64,000 nucleotides of DNA, from contig NC_089435.1 in NCBI RefSeq assembly GCF_026210795.1, positions 1,860,001 through 1,924,000 of the forward strand, in the 5' to 3' direction. Source of the DNA: Rhizophagus irregularis (Eukaryota). Made by a program: the position numbers and the translations under genes. Within the stretch, counting starts at the first letter, position 1. Every line of letters begins with the position of its first letter. The notes below the pieces were generated by a model. It had not been told where the DNA came from. It did no database searches and saw only the letters and a list, made by a program, of their open reading frames with translations. Shown piece by piece: positions 50,100-64,000 of this stretch.

Positions 50100-51900
50100 A
50101 GGACCCGAGCCATAAATACATTTTTCAGGGCTGGAAATACATTATCTATAAGAGAAAAGATCTTCCGATCATTTTTACCCCTACCTTTTTATGTATTAAA
50201 AAAACCTAAAATAAATTAGACCAAAACCCTAGACTACAAAATCAATTTTTTAATTGCTTGATCTTGTAATCATAGATCAATAACTTCCTTTTGTTTTTAC
50301 GACCTTATTGATCCAGCAACATGATTTATTTATAAACTGATTTTTTTTAGATTTTCTAAAATTTATAAAACTCAGCTTGTCTCCATCTTTCTCTGTTGAA
50401 TCCATAATATATTTCTTTTTTTATCATCTTTAGTATGTTCTCTCGTTCCCATTTATTAACTTCTTCACAGCGTTCTTTCCAAATTGTATTTTTTGACTCA
50501 ATTACAACTTCACCAATAAATTCATATATAGCTTTCTTGAATTCATTGTTATTTGAATCTGAAAAAAGTTTTTTATTTACCAAACCTTTAATTATTTTAT
50601 TGCATTGAGTAATACCGTTGATCCTTGATTTAATATATCGTTAAATTTGGCTTTCAACTGATAGATTTTACATTCCTTTGCGATTTTATTAATTTTATTC
50701 TCAAAACCATCGTACAATTTTTGAAAGTCTTCTATGATCGGTTTTGTTATTTCTATAATTACAGATATGTTTCAATTTTCATGCGTTCCCTTACATCTAA
50801 TACACGTATCGTTTTTATAAATATCTGGATAATGTCTATTCAAGTTATCAAGTGTAGGAAATTTTTCTAACAAATTTTTTGGCCTAATAATACTGTAATA
50901 TGTCAAATTGTTTCCTTTATCGTTGTTTTCTTCGAAAAATTTCATAACCAAATCATACGTTAAATTTCACTATCTGAATTTTTTTTAAAAAAATCTAGTG
51001 ATAAAAATTGCACATTATATTTAATCCGTTTCAAAAACTCTCTAGTTAATTGCCTTGCTAGGATGAATTAAATTCCATGCTTGTGTTTCTATATTCATTT
51101 CGCTTTTAATGTCACTTAAACGTAACGTTCTAACTTCGCTAAACTATCTGCTATTTCATTACCTTTAATGTTAGATAAAATTACTTTCGAAAAGGTGAAA
51201 GCGCACAAAAAAATCATACTCATTTAAAAATTCTTCAATCCATTTCCAAATTTAAATACTATTGACCTTCAAAATCCTCCTCGTGTTTCTCATATCTATA
51301 CTTTTATCTATTATGCTCCAAGTAGAAGAACCCAAATGATACAGGAACCCTTTGGATTGAAGGATCTCTTATATATATAAACGCTAAATTAATTTACAAG
51401 ATATAAACAAGCTGCTATCACTTATCCGCCTCTACTTTCTTGATAACATGAGTAAATCGAGTAGACTTCTTCTTTAGAATTTTCCGACAATGGTTTATCC
51501 TCATTATCATAGATTTGGACAAGGAAAGCTAAAGTGACAGTATAAGATTAGAATATACAGCGCAGACATTACAATTATCAAAAATATTAAACGTCACGTT
51601 CGTGTTGACCAACACGAAGGCTTTCCAAATATTTTTCTATCACTCCTACTTTATCTATATAGCCTAACAACAACTTTTTGTCCTCTTTATCCCTATTATT
51701 GTCATTAATCTTACCTAATCTAACGCCAAAAATCTCCATATTCAAACTTCTCTTTATATTCTTCTTTTAACACAATCTCCACCCTTATTGACTTACATTA
51801 TATTTAAAAAACTTATTCACTTTTAATTTTCTAACTATTCAAAATCACTCAAGTTCTCTATAACATTTTAGTTTGGAATAATTATCAATATGACGTCATT
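50100..51900 (-). mobile_element. Decayed non-LTR retrotransposon ORF2 3' part (RNase H, zinc finger)
   Basis: Minus strand: SNIKGNEIADSLAK (~51135-51180), LLEKFPTLDNLNRHYPDIYKNDTCIRCK (~50790-50875), IWKERCEEVNKWERE (~50440-50490). Many stops. Confidence 0.75.
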
Positions 51901-54364
51901 ATCCTGATTATTAAATTCAATGACAAAGTAAGTCCGGTGTGAAAATCTAGAAACTTCTATCGATGAGATTATTATTTCAAAATTAAATCAATATGCAGTA
52001 GGTATAACACTAGTTAGTAGTAAAATTTAATAGCTATAAAAAATATAACCGTATAATATTTCAAAGTAAACAACAAGCAATAAATTTGCAATTTTAATAT
52101 TGGCACCATAAATACTCTATGATATGATATATATTTTTTTTGTCGAAATAATACAATTGTTGGTAAGACTGCATTATTGTATTAAGAAATTTAATTTTTA
52201 GGTAATTTCTGACATTGATCGAATTCTATATTCATTATGCGTGCATTAAATGTTTGTCATTTTTTCAATTATACGTTAATTAATTCATTTATTCATTTGT
52301 TTTTGAAAAAAAGTATGTTTCAGGTAGATTAAATTTAAGCTAATACTTAATACAAGAGAATTAATTTATTAATTTCTTTGTCAAGATTTATCTTTTTTTT
52401 AAAAAAAAAAAGAATATTAATAACAGAAAAAGAAGATACTTTTGTCAGATTGCAACTTTTATTCATATTGTTATATTGTCCTATTTACGCGCGTAGTTCA
52501 TCTAGGACATATTTTATGTTCTATATATTTCGTTTTATCAAATATATGTAATTTGGGCTATGTATGAGCTCTACTAGTTATAAAAATAAAAATAAATTAA
52601 ATAAAAAATATTACCTATTAAATTCCTTATTTAATTTATTAATTTATTTTTTTAAGATAACTTGCTGTAACTTGTTACTTTGCAACAGGATTAATGAGTT
52701 TAAATTAACATGAAATTTCATATATATTATATATTGAGGAAAATTAGTCATTACAACAAGGTTTTTATTTATTTATAATTTTGATTATAATGTGAGTGAA
52801 AAATAAAAATTGATTAAAATTTTTACTATATTAAATAAAATAAATTAATAATAATTAATAATAAAAAAAACAATAATAAAATAAGTATTAATTATACTAA
52901 CTAATAACTATTTAAAAAATTTATATTATTTAAAAAATTATTAGTGTTATTCTTTTTGGCTGGATATTTTTAAAAACCATATTTATTCTACTACCTAAAA
53001 GAAATCATATAAAATATACAGTATTTATTTTTATTACTTCAAAGCACTGGCCCGATCAAACCTAAAAGGCAAAAGAACGAAGAAAAATGAAGTATTAATA
53101 AAAAAAAGTAACCAAGAAAGAAAAATTATAGTAGCGCCACAATATCGATCCGATCACAGATTCAAACCTAAAAGGTGAAGAAAAAAGCAATTAGGAGAAA
53201 AATATTACTATTTAGAATTTTAGATTATAAAGGATCGCATCATCCCGAGAGGAAATATGATTAATTATTATGATATAAAAAAAAATCTGATCAAAATTTC
53301 ATTAACCAGAACTGAATTAGTTCACAAAAATTTCACGGAACGACACGGAATAGATACAGTATATCGTATTTCCATGTTACACAATTCAAAAATCTAAATA
53401 TTTCTATTATATTCTATTCATAATTATTTATCTCACGAATATTTTTTTATTCCGAAACAACGCCAGATTTTAATGTTTACTTATAATTATTAGCTAAACT
53501 TTTTGTTGCACTGAGTTAAAAAAGTTAAAACTAAGTCATTTTTAATTTAATAGCGCAGTATTTTTTTTTTAATAAATACATTTAGAATACGATAATATAA
53601 CAAATTGAAAATTAGAAAATAATATAAAAAAATTTATTAATGTACAGCACGGTATAATTAATTGAAATTAATTGTACATTGAATTAAAAAGTGAATTATA
53701 ATCTCCATAACTTTAAAGACCATTTTCAATAAATAGAATTGTCTAAAGTTAAATTCATACATCTGTGTAAAAATGCATAAATGAATTTATTTTTTTAGAA
53801 TTCAATGTTACGTGATTTAAAAATTTTAACGTTAAGTTCGCGTTCATTATTTATTACCACAATTTTATTTTCACCATTGTTGTTGAATTGGATTACTCAT
53901 GCAGCTTGTGTGTCATAGTTCGCTGGGTTTTTTTGCTTTTATGTGACATAAGAACATTCATTCATATGTATAAAAAAAAAACCTATTAATTTTTTTTTTA
54001 TTAATTATTTTTTTAAAAAGGAATGACTTTTTATTTATAAAATCAAATTCTAGAATTATTTATTACTCGTACACAGAATAAAAAATATTTTAACTTCAAT
54101 TTCTGCGCATTGTTATTTACGAATTATAGACTTTTTTTTTTAAAAAAAAAAATAGTATATAAATAATAATGGAGAAGAAAAAGGCAATTTTTGAACGAAA
54201 GTTAGTATAATCACAAACGTCATGTAGTGAAACATAGTGTAACATTAAACTATTGTGAAACATTATACAGTAGTAGATCATGCTAAATTTAAATTGTAGT
54301 TACGCAATCCGGCGTAAGACACTTAGTTCATTGTTCAAAGTTGGAAAAAAATTTTTTGAAAGCC

Positions 54365-54680
54365 TTATAATATTATGTCTAATATTCGAAGAGGTGCAGT
54401 AATTAATAGAAACTCGTGAATAAAATTATCAAGCTCATCAATATCTAATTGCCTATTTAAATCCAAATCAAGTATATTCGAAATTTTTAATTCTTGAGAA
54501 GGAATTTGTTCAGTATTATCATCAGTAGATGGTTCCTCTTCATTATAATTATCAATTTCGTCAACATAACGAATATCATTCAAGGTTGTACGAATTTCTT
54601 CAGCTATCTTTTCTTTACCATCATTAGCTAATTCAGATTTACAATTTGTAACGTAATATAGTGAATTTCTGACATACAAT
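54365..54680 (-). pseudogene. Probable hAT transposase C-terminal remnant
   Basis: YYVTNCKSELANDGKEKIAEEIR followed by an acidic tail resembles the segment after the hAT dimerisation domain. Recalled similarity only. Confidence 0.4.
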
Positions 54681-54930
54681 GGTATTAAAAAAGAAATTAT
54701 GGCTTTACTTAATATATTATTTGCTTTGCAAAGCAATGCTCACGTGTCCGAGCTTTTTTTACGGGAAGATTGTAAAATCAAATATCGTCATCATTGAATC
54801 AGATCAATAAGAAAATAGCCTATATTTTTCTATTTTACTCATCCTCTTTCTCACGCTTCTCTTCTTACTTTTTTCTCCTTCTTTTCTCATCTTCTTTCCT
54901 GTCACAGCTCAAACTCTATTCTTTACAAAC

Positions 54931-56002
54931 ATGAGTGTAGAAGTGATTAGTTCTGAAAAGACCGTGCAGGTATTATTTTTTTCACTTTTGTTTGGTCAAA
55001 CAGTCTGTTTTCAATGATAGATATATTGATATGTTGTATGAAAAATCTCACAACAGAACAGACAAGCTTCAGAATCTCAAAAGGTATTTGTATGATATTT
55101 ACTGTAAGAAACAATGAAAAGTGAATGATTACTAACAATCATATCAGATTCTTGCACAAATAGAAGAGGCGGTGAGGGGAAAACAGGGTCAACAGGTTGT
55201 TGAGGTCCATTTTCCAGATGGTAAACTTAATAACCTTGGTGTGTGCCAGATGATACATTTATATTACAACGCTGAAATAGTCAATTGTGATCGTCTAATC
55301 ATTAAAGTAAGTTCATTCTAACTTACACATTGCATATGATATTATTCTTACTAATTTTTAAATTAGTATGATGGGGGCCACAAGGAAATAATCCACCGCA
55401 GACTATCAAATGTGTGTGAGGCACACAATGGAAATTGGTTTGCAGCGTCAAATGTAATTTGTATGATTGGAAATGATCAACGGAGACCTGATGCTGGAGC
55501 TTGGTTCCAATGGCCATCATATGACGAACTACATGTACCTATTAAGAATTGTTGTATACCTCCCGATCTGTGGTTTGAGGTTGTTATTAAATTTTGCTTG
55601 AAAACTAAAAAGGAGAAACATGCTAATCTTTACTAATCTTAACTTCAACACATCTGTATTCTATAGGTATTTTATAATAAAGATCCAGATCGGGAGAATG
55701 CATTAGAAAAAATTGATATGGTTCAACGTGACCTAGATGGCATTTTTAACATTGAATTCGTCGCAATTACCTTACCTGATGGAAGATATCCTTTTCGTGG
55801 GAACCCTAACCCTGGGGCAATTTCAATTCTTGCAAATCAAACTGGCCAAAACACGAGACTTTACCTCGCACCATACTTAATTCACTGGAATGCAAACAAC
55901 ATTCCTGTATACTACATTATAAGCTGGAATCATTATATTGTATTTAGATGTGGTGTTATTCTTCATTTTAACATTATTCTTGATATAATTTCCAGACCTT
56001 AA
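54931..56002 (+). CDS. Uma2/DUF820-like PD-(D/E)xK nuclease-fold protein, 4 exons, ~248 aa
   Basis: Exons 54931-54969, 55148-55306, 55367-55579, 55667-56002 join in frame via phase-0 GT-AG introns. Motifs RRPDAGAW and PPDLWFEV. Confidence 0.72.
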
Positions 56003-57348
56003 GTTTGGAAAATGATAATTATTCTGCACAACAAAATGGCAAGTTTTTTTAATTATCGTATCAGAAAAATATTAATTTAGTAAATATGATGATAATGTAT
56101 TAAAAATTATTTTCTTAATTAAATCATAATTACTTTCAATATATTATTACATATAAAGTAAAATTCATTTATATATTTGCTAACAAATACATATTATTAC
56201 AATATTTACTTAATTATTTATTAATAAAATAACTGTTATCAACATTGAACTACATTTAGTATACACGCTTTTCTTGAGATGAACTAGAATTTTTTATCCC
56301 CAAACCATGCATAGTTACTTTTTTATAAATTAAAAAAATAAAAATTGGCAAAATCTAATGAATTCATGTTACTAATATACCATTGTGTTACCAACAAACT
56401 TCACTGCAGTCGATTAAGCCACCAACTGATTGAAAAGTTTAATATATCTAAAAAGAGCTTAATTCACTAGTTTCTTTATTTTATTTCTTTAAACTTTTCG
56501 TGCTTATGAATTAGAATCAATACTGAGTGAACTCGCTATTACGTCAATAAGATTTCGAATTTTTAATAATCTTATCCAAGCCAGATAAGAAGAATTTCAC
56601 CTGGTAGGTACATCTGAAATTATACGCAAATAATGAAACCGTTGGGTCATCTCGCAAGACCCAGATATGTTTGATGAACCAAATGATCCAGTTGCGGAAC
56701 GTCATATGAATGACTTAAAAACTCACAGTACATTGGGGTAATGCCAATGCCCTATACCGAATTGCACGTGAGAAAGAATTGCAAGAAATTGAATCAAATG
56801 CAACAGATAAACAATTAGATGCAGGATTACGGAATAAAAACTAGAAAAATGATAATTTTTTTTATAGAGTCAAATACTTTCTAAGCATGAGTCACTCACT
56901 TTTTTTCAATAGGTACTCTACTCTCACACCAAACACCATTTATTCGTTTCTCAAGGATAAACCATTTTTGGGAGCTCTTACTTTTAATGTCAAAAAATTA
57001 ATTCCTGTAATTCCACATCGGGTTACAAGAGTAATTAACCTTACGTTCTCCGTATTTAATGAATTTCTTTATATTAACCTTTTTTCTTTTCAATCTGGGA
57101 ACTTGGTTACACTGCACCACTTACACAAAGTGGTAAAATTGTTGTTGATGATATACATTGCTCGTGTTATGCTGTTGCTCCACCATTAAGAAGTCATTAA
57201 TTTACTAATGATTTCTTTTCATTTCTACTTATGGATCATACCCAGTCCTGTTTGTAAGAAAGAAATTCATCCTTATATTCGTGAGGTCAATGGATTCTCG
57301 AACAGATAGATTATTTTAACACGATTGTGCTGTTTAATGTTTTTCCGA

Positions 57349-57500
57349 CCCTATAAAAAAACTGGATACGTTTTTAATAATATTTTTATACGATTTTTTT
57401 CCTTAGAAATAACATATCATAATAGTCCGTTGAAAGGATACGGAAAAGTGCACAATTCCGTATCAATAAAAATACAATTTAAATACGGAATTTGCATGGA
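57349..57500. mobile_element. Truncated copy of the 45124 MITE
   Basis: CCCTATAAAAAAACTGGATACGTTTTT plus an identical 28-bp central palindrome. Right end not found. Confidence 0.6.
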
Positions 57501-57819
57501 ACTCGCACGTAATTTAATTAGGACACCAAATTTATGATGATTTGTAATGTATTTTGGTCATAAAATTTATCACTTAAGCTACAGCTTATTGCTAGTTATA
57601 TCATAAAAATTAATTTTAAAAAATAATATTTATTAAATAAATATAAAAATAAAATACAACTACAAATATATTATGAAACGTTCTTTCCTAACTATTGCAA
57701 ACTTAAACAAAAAAAAAATGAAACATGAGAATATTTCTTTAACTCAATCAGAAACCAAATTTCCCCTGTAATCATCCAAGTCTCCAAGAATTGGCATTTC
57801 TAAAGTTTGGAGTCTTGTA

Positions 57820-58440
57820 ACAGAAAGACCTACAAAAAAGAAAAAAATCCTGAAGCATTCCACAAAAAAACAAATCTACAAAAAGAAACGACCCATGAAA
57901 AAAAATTAATTCACAAAAAGAATTGACCCATGAATCACGTAAAAAAGAATTGATCTACATAAAAATAACTGACTCATGAAGAACTGACCCACAAAGAAGA
58001 ATCAACCGACAAAAAAAATATATTCAACCTATAAAAATAAAAGAATTTTAAAAAGCCTAAAAAAAGGAGAATAAAAAAAAAATTTTTTGAAAAAACATTT
58101 ACGAAAATTGGGAAAGAAGGTATTGAGTGAGGAATGAAAGAATAAAATCAAAAAATTTTTTTTTAAAAAAGGAGGGTGACAAAGTTAGGAAAAAGAGGAT
58201 GATGAATAATTTTTATAAAAATGGGGAGACAAAAGTGGGAATGAAAAAATAAAATCAAAAAAACAATTTTTTAAAGGGGGTGACGAAGTTAGAAAATAAA
58301 AGAAAAAATAAACTTTTAAAAAGAAAGGAGTAGTGGGTATGAATAAAAAAGAGGGTGATAAATAAAGAAAAAAATAAGTTTTAAAAAGAGAGCGACAAAA
58401 TAAGAAAAATAAAGGAAAGAAAGGAAGATCAAAAGCAAGG
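57820..58440. repeat. Degenerate A/purine-rich subrepeats, likely a transposon arm
   Basis: Recurrent GACCCA(T/C) and GGGTGA/GGAGAC units. Confidence 0.4.
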
Positions 58441-59115
58441 TTATCAGTATAATCAGTATATGGGGTCTGATCTAGAAAAATCAAGATAAGTGAATTTTTT
58501 GGCTAAAATTAAAAAGTTATTATATTTTAATCTAGTCATATCAAAAAGTATAATCTCAATTTTATAAAAAAATTCTCTAACCTTGATCTTGAACATCAAG
58601 TGTAACGTTTTTTAGTAATAATAAAAAAAAACTTAGTTAAAAAATGTCAAGTGCGACGTTTCTTAACAAACAAAAAAAGTTTATTTTTATTAAAATCAGA
58701 TATCCAACTCCCCATGAAAAAGAACACTTGTTAAATATAATACTTATTTAAAAATTTGCATAATGCATATAATTTTATTTGAATTTAAAATAAAAATTTT
58801 ATAAGTTTATATAAATTTATTTTACACATAAAATCAGATCCACATGAAATGTTGGATCCTTAAAACTACATGAATAGTATATGTAAATTTTACGTATATT
58901 TTTCACGGAAGCGTGCTTCCTATTAAACTGTCATGTAATTCGTCAATAGTATTTGGTTACAAAATAATGCAGAGACAGATCTTCATGCATCAAATTGCAT
59001 CATGTATTATGAAACGTAATATTTGTTACACAATAGGGCTAAAAATCCATTAAAATAATGGACAAATCAACCCGATAAAAAAATTTCTCCTTTTTTTTTA
59101 AAAAAAAAAAAAAGA

Positions 59116-60564
59116 ATGTGGCGATTCAACGAAGATTTGCTTTTTCTAATATTTGAAAAATTAAAAAATGATAAAAAATCACTTTATTCATGTCTTTTAG
59201 TTAATAGAACTTGGTGTGTAACAGCGGTGCCAATTTTATGGAGAAATCCTGATCAATTTTGTGTGAGTAATAATTCAAAGAATGTACTACTATATAACGT
59301 AATACTTTTACATTTATCTGAAGAATCAAGAGAAATTTTGAAAAATCAGGGAATGGATAATCTTATTACAGAGACAACATATCATCGTCCTTTATTTAAT
59401 TATATGAGTTTTTGGAAATATTTAATATTGCATATCCTAGAAGATATAATTTCTTTGAAAATGATTGAAAAATCAAATGCATCTATTTTAAGAAACGAGA
59501 TATTAAAATTATTTATTAATAAAAATACAAAACTTATTCAACTTTCAATTCCACGTTATTTTGATTCTCAACTACATCTTATTCCAGAGGCTGAATGTTG
59601 CTTATCAGAACTTGAAATCTTTAATTGTGATATTAAAATTGATCAAAATATTTTAAAAGGATTGGCTAAAATATGCAAATCAATTAAAAAAATTACATTA
59701 TATGTTACTTCCTATGATAGTACTGATAATTATGGGATCTTTAATTTAATTGAAGTACAAAAAAATTTAAATGAATTCTATTTATTCAATAATATATTTC
59801 CTAAACACGAACAATTTTATAAAACTCTTGAAGAATCATTAATTAAACATGCAGATACTGTCCAACATTTAAGAATTGGTTGGAATCCTAATACAAGATT
59901 TCTTTCGTTCTTTGTGAACTTAGTATATTTAGAAATCCAGAAACTAAAATTCATAAATTGGTATGATCCAATTGCAAATAATTCAAAGAATTTGTCGTTA
60001 CCTAATTTAAAAATTTTAAAGGTTTATTATATTCCATTGATTACTACAGTAAATTTAATTGAAAACACAACAGGAAATCTTTCTGAAATTAGTATACATT
60101 GTGATAATGACACATATTACGTTGATTATAAAATACTTATTCAAACAATTTATCAAAATTGTCCAAATATTAGGTATCTTAAATTATCATTAGATAGAAA
60201 TTTATCGATTCCAGAATTTGAAAATTTATTAATTAATTGTCAATTTTTAAATGGATTAATTATTAACGTGTGCAAAGATTATGAATTTAGTTGGGATAAG
60301 TTATTTCAAGTATTAGCCAAATCTTCACCAATTAGTTTATTTAAATTTAAATTTTATTCTAAGGTATTTAAATTGAAAGATATAGAATCATTTTTTTCTA
60401 GTTGGAAAAATAGGAATCCTATATTGTTAAGAATAAATGATTCCAGAATAAAAGTGGATCAGAAATTGGTAAATTTAACCGAAGAATATAAAGCGAAAGG
60501 AGTGATTAAAAAGTATTCCTTTGGTTATGGAATGGATCTTATTGAAGATTTTGAATGGATTTAA
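59116..60564 (+). CDS. F-box/LRR (RNI-like) protein, 482 aa
   Basis: FNEDLLFLIFEKL..LYSCLLVNRTWCVTAVPILW. Ends EDFEWI. Confidence 0.9.
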   Translation: MWRFNEDLLFLIFEKLKNDKKSLYSCLLVNRTWCVTAVPILWRNPDQFCVSNNSKNVLLYNVILLHLSEESREILKNQGMDNLITETTYHRPLFNYMSFWKYLILHILEDIISLKMIEKSNASILRNEILKLFINKNTKLIQLSIPRYFDSQLHLIPEAECCLSELEIFNCDIKIDQNILKGLAKICKSIKKITLYVTSYDSTDNYGIFNLIEVQKNLNEFYLFNNIFPKHEQFYKTLEESLIKHADTVQHLRIGWNPNTRFLSFFVNLVYLEIQKLKFINWYDPIANNSKNLSLPNLKILKVYYIPLITTVNLIENTTGNLSEISIHCDNDTYYVDYKILIQTIYQNCPNIRYLKLSLDRNLSIPEFENLLINCQFLNGLIINVCKDYEFSWDKLFQVLAKSSPISLFKFKFYSKVFKLKDIESFFSSWKNRNPILLRINDSRIKVDQKLVNLTEEYKAKGVIKKYSFGYGMDLIEDFEWI

Positions 60565-61299
60565 AAGAAATCAGTAACGTATCGCACCGTAAGATTTTAT
60601 AAATCAAATTCAAAATTTTTGTGGGGCAACTTAGTAGTCAGCTGTTTATACAGATTTTCCTCTAGATTCTTGTATGATTTTCATAATTCACTACATTTAC
60701 AGTATTTATAAATAAGAATTGATAGATTTATCGTCAAATAGTATTTAATGTATTATTTGTCTAATAAAATTTCATTGCAAATCTATGTGAAAATAAATGT
60801 TTATATTCTATAGATAACTTGATTGCAATTTGAATACATAACCTTGAGGATTGATAGTGAACACATAAATATGGCCATTGATATACGAAATCTTGCATCA
60901 TTTTTCAGTCTTTTTGATTTTGTTTATCTTGTATTTTATTCTTCATTGTGTTTGAAACTTTTTTATCTTGTGAAAATAAAAATTTTATCAGAAAAAAGAA
61001 TTGATAATGTTGACATTTTGAGTGAAAATTTGACATACCTTATTTATCCTTAAAAAAGTAAAGCATGTCTCAGTTCCGAATAATAATTCTTTTTTGATAT
61101 TCTCACGGACGATGATTATTTAAAAAGATACGAAATAATAAGTATAAAAAGTCTATCAATATTGAATAAAAAATCTATAAATAGCAGAATAATAAGTCAG
61201 TTTAAAAGGTATTAACGTGATATAACTAAGTTCTGTGGAATATCATGATTTTCACGCCCGCACCGTGAAAATAAACAACTATTACATTTATCACAGAAC

Positions 61300-61545
61300 C
61301 GAGAATAAGATTATTTATTCCTTGATTTTTCAAAATGTCTCTCGATTCTTCTGATAAACATAAAAGTATTATATTGAATAATATATTCTTTGAATTATCG
61401 GTCGTAGTAGTTTTTGAATTAACGATCTTAATATATTGACCGGAGTTCCAATAAAATTGGTATCTCTGTCGCACCAAAGTTCTATTAACTAAAAACATGA
61501 ATAGAGGGATTTTAATCATTTTTTAATTCTTAAATATTAGGGTTT
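61300..61545 (-). pseudogene. 5' fragment of an F-box/LRR paralog
   Basis: NILFNIILLCLSEESRDILKNQGINNLI matches the paralogs. Frameshifted and truncated. Confidence 0.8.
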
Positions 61546-62822
61546 CTATCCATATTATGTAAATATTACATTTATGAAAGTTCTTTGGACATAATGAACA
61601 TGGTGCACGAAAATCTATGATTTTATATCTACGGTATTTTTTGCCATTATAAATAATAACAGATGCGAATAAATTTAATTTGATATAAATATGTAATAAA
61701 ATAATTTATAACTTACTATCTAAGAAATATATAATTGATCAAAAAAAAATATTTTGAGTGATCAGTGATCACATAATATTTGACTCATAATCTAGGATAA
61801 CATAAATTCATAATTATTCATAATTACGAAAATAATCATTACGTTCGTTGGGTTTCATATTACACAAATCAATGACGTTCGCAGCCCTCGATCTGAATCT
61901 TCAACCTGGTTTAAACCTAAACATTGTCTTTTTTTTTTTAATTGTACCTAGTAAAAGAGTTTTTTTTTTGGATGCTTTTTTAAATAAAGGTTAAAATTTT
62001 TATTGTTTAATTTTCAAAATAGCCATAAAATTATTTTGATTTCATATGTATTTCTTTGTAGTTATTTTACGCTAAAGATAAAAATATGTACAATAAAAAA
62101 AAAATCTTAAATCAAATTTGCTGGATAATTTAATAGTAGACCTGAAAATTTATTACTGCAACTTACATATTTATTTAGTTTATTTGTTTAAACAATACAA
62201 ATAAAATTAACTATAGGGACGAAGTCCTACTGCATATGGCGGCAAAATTCTAATTACCTGTCAAAGTTTTTCTAACATTGCAAAACACTCATACCGTATT
62301 ATTAACATATAAATCAACTTTACTATCATCAGCAGGAAGTATAATTACCATTGCTACTAGTGCCAACTTCCAACTCGAACACGTTAAACGAATTTTCTAT
62401 ATTTGCTACAAATTTATTTTACATATTTGTTCTTTACAATTGTTTACCGTCTCCTAGTGTTTTTAGTTTTTTACCTAATTAATTTACTAATCACCATGTC
62501 TCAATCGTCAAATATCCAATAGATCTCCAAATTGGATCAGCTCAGATCAGGTAACCGAACTATAAATCTGGGCCAGGCTTTTGACCTACCTTTGGGTTGG
62601 GTAACTTTATAATAAGATTAACATAACATAAAATACAATGCAATTTTTACTTTATTACATTTTTGTAACAATTCATTATATTTATTTTTCATATAATTTT
62701 ATAAATACTTTATTTAATCATAAAAAATATATTCCAATAAAATATCATTGCAGTAATGTTAAAGAAAATAAATAGTAAATAATAAAGAAATTTATACCCA
62801 AGATTCCTTTCCTTTCTTTTAT

Positions 62823-64000
62823 TCAGTTACTTTTATCTATAAGTGAAAAATAAATTATTAAATAATATTATTAATAAAATAAATCATGTAAAAAAGTTAA
62901 TGTATATAAGTACCTAGGTCTAATTTAGTAAAATCTATTGCTTCTATTGATTCTATAATATAAAAAAAATAATTATATACATCAAATAAAATATTTAAAG
63001 AACGCTTTTGTAAAGTAAATTAGGAAATTAATTACCTGAATATTCTCCAAATGAATTATCATCAACCTTGTTATCAGTAGCATTTTTTGGTTCTGGAAGA
63101 TTTTTAAAATTTAAAAGTCTACTCGTGTAAACTGCTTGGGGATTTGTAGTATATGAAAGAGTAGGTCCATTGTATAATAATGATGATGATGTTAACTTCT
63201 CATTAATTTTATCTGCTTCTTTAATTTGCTTTTTGATTTCATGATTTCCAGGATTTTCTCTTGAATAATATAAATCACGTAATAAACTTTTTAATTCTTC
63301 TGCTTTAGGTCGTTTTAAAGGATCAGCATCCCAACATTGTTTAATTATGTTTAGAATTAATTGAGGAATTTTATAATTTGATTTTGGCCTAAGTCCTTGA
63401 CAAATGCTAATAGCTAAGAATTTATCATAAACAATATCATGATAAGGAGGAAGCCCTGTACAGACTTCATATGCAATAATTCCATATCCATATATATCAC
63501 TTTCTTGAGTATATTCTTTTCCTCTTAAGACTTCTGGTGCTACATAGGGTAATACCCCATATAGTTCTTTACGTTCATTTTGGGATGGTTTTACATTCGC
63601 TGGTCGACATAATCCTAAATCAGTAATTAAAGCATAATTCTCTTCTTTTAATATATTACCACAATGAAAATCACGATGAATTAACCCATTTTCATGAATA
63701 TAAGCGAGGCCCTTTGCAATATCTTGTAAAATTTTTAACTTTTCATCCCATTTTGTTGAATTAAAACTATTATTTAAATGTTGTCTTAAACTACCATTTA
63801 TTACATATCCCATTACTATCATAAAATCTCTAGATTCTGGATCTTTAGTAATGCCAAAACAGTGTGTTACATAACCTATATATTTTAAAATCATTTTATG
63901 GGTTCCAATCTAAAAAAGAATCCATGTTAATAATAATTAATAGACAGTTTAACATTTATAATAGGACAATATCTTGAAATTACTATATACAAATAAGTAA
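62823..64000 (-). CDS. TKL-type protein kinase, 3' part; start lies beyond the window
   Basis: Exon 63909 to ~63036 with HRDFHCGN, DLG, YVAPE, PQAVYTSR. Short exons ~62954-62914 and ~62836-62823 via GT-AG introns. Confidence 0.9.

Noticed and set aside
52940..53200. Inverted similarity to 26500-26880
   Set aside because: Probably an old dispersed repeat. Too AT-rich and degenerate to delimit or classify.
56300..57300. Higher-GC segment with small ORFs
   Set aside because: No motif or consistent frame. Likely relic DNA that cannot be identified by eye.

Overview
A very AT-rich, intron-containing fungal window. The gene families (BTB-BACK-TLDc tandem pair, three F-box/LRR-like paralogs plus a relic, Sel1-repeat TKL-type kinase, a second kinase, MATA-type HMG box, Crinkler-like NTPase-nuclease, Uma2-like nuclease) point to an arbuscular mycorrhizal fungus (Glomeromycotina, Rhizophagus-like); this is inferred from family content. 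The intergenic DNA holds transposons whose ends can be read directly. (i) An intact 1.9 kb poly(A)-tailed retroposon with an 18-bp TSD encodes only a 505-aa ORF1-like protein (39697-41596). (ii) A nest at 10.8-19.9 kb has a Harbinger-like MITE split by an 8.9 kb TATGG...CCATA foldback element, which contains a deleted Helitron (putative OB-fold ORF, Pif1 tail, hairpin+CTAG) and a smaller TATGG element. (iii) A triple nest at 1.66-3.39 kb has a pogo-like MITE containing a hAT that contains a second hAT, both with exact 8-bp TSDs. (iv) There are decayed LINE relics, two with RNase H motifs and one possibly 5'-inverted. An intronless 202-aa gene at 47900 resembles a phage/bacterial 'H-x-DGY' family. 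No rRNA, tRNA or CRISPR array was recognised. All calls are by eye; no searches were run.
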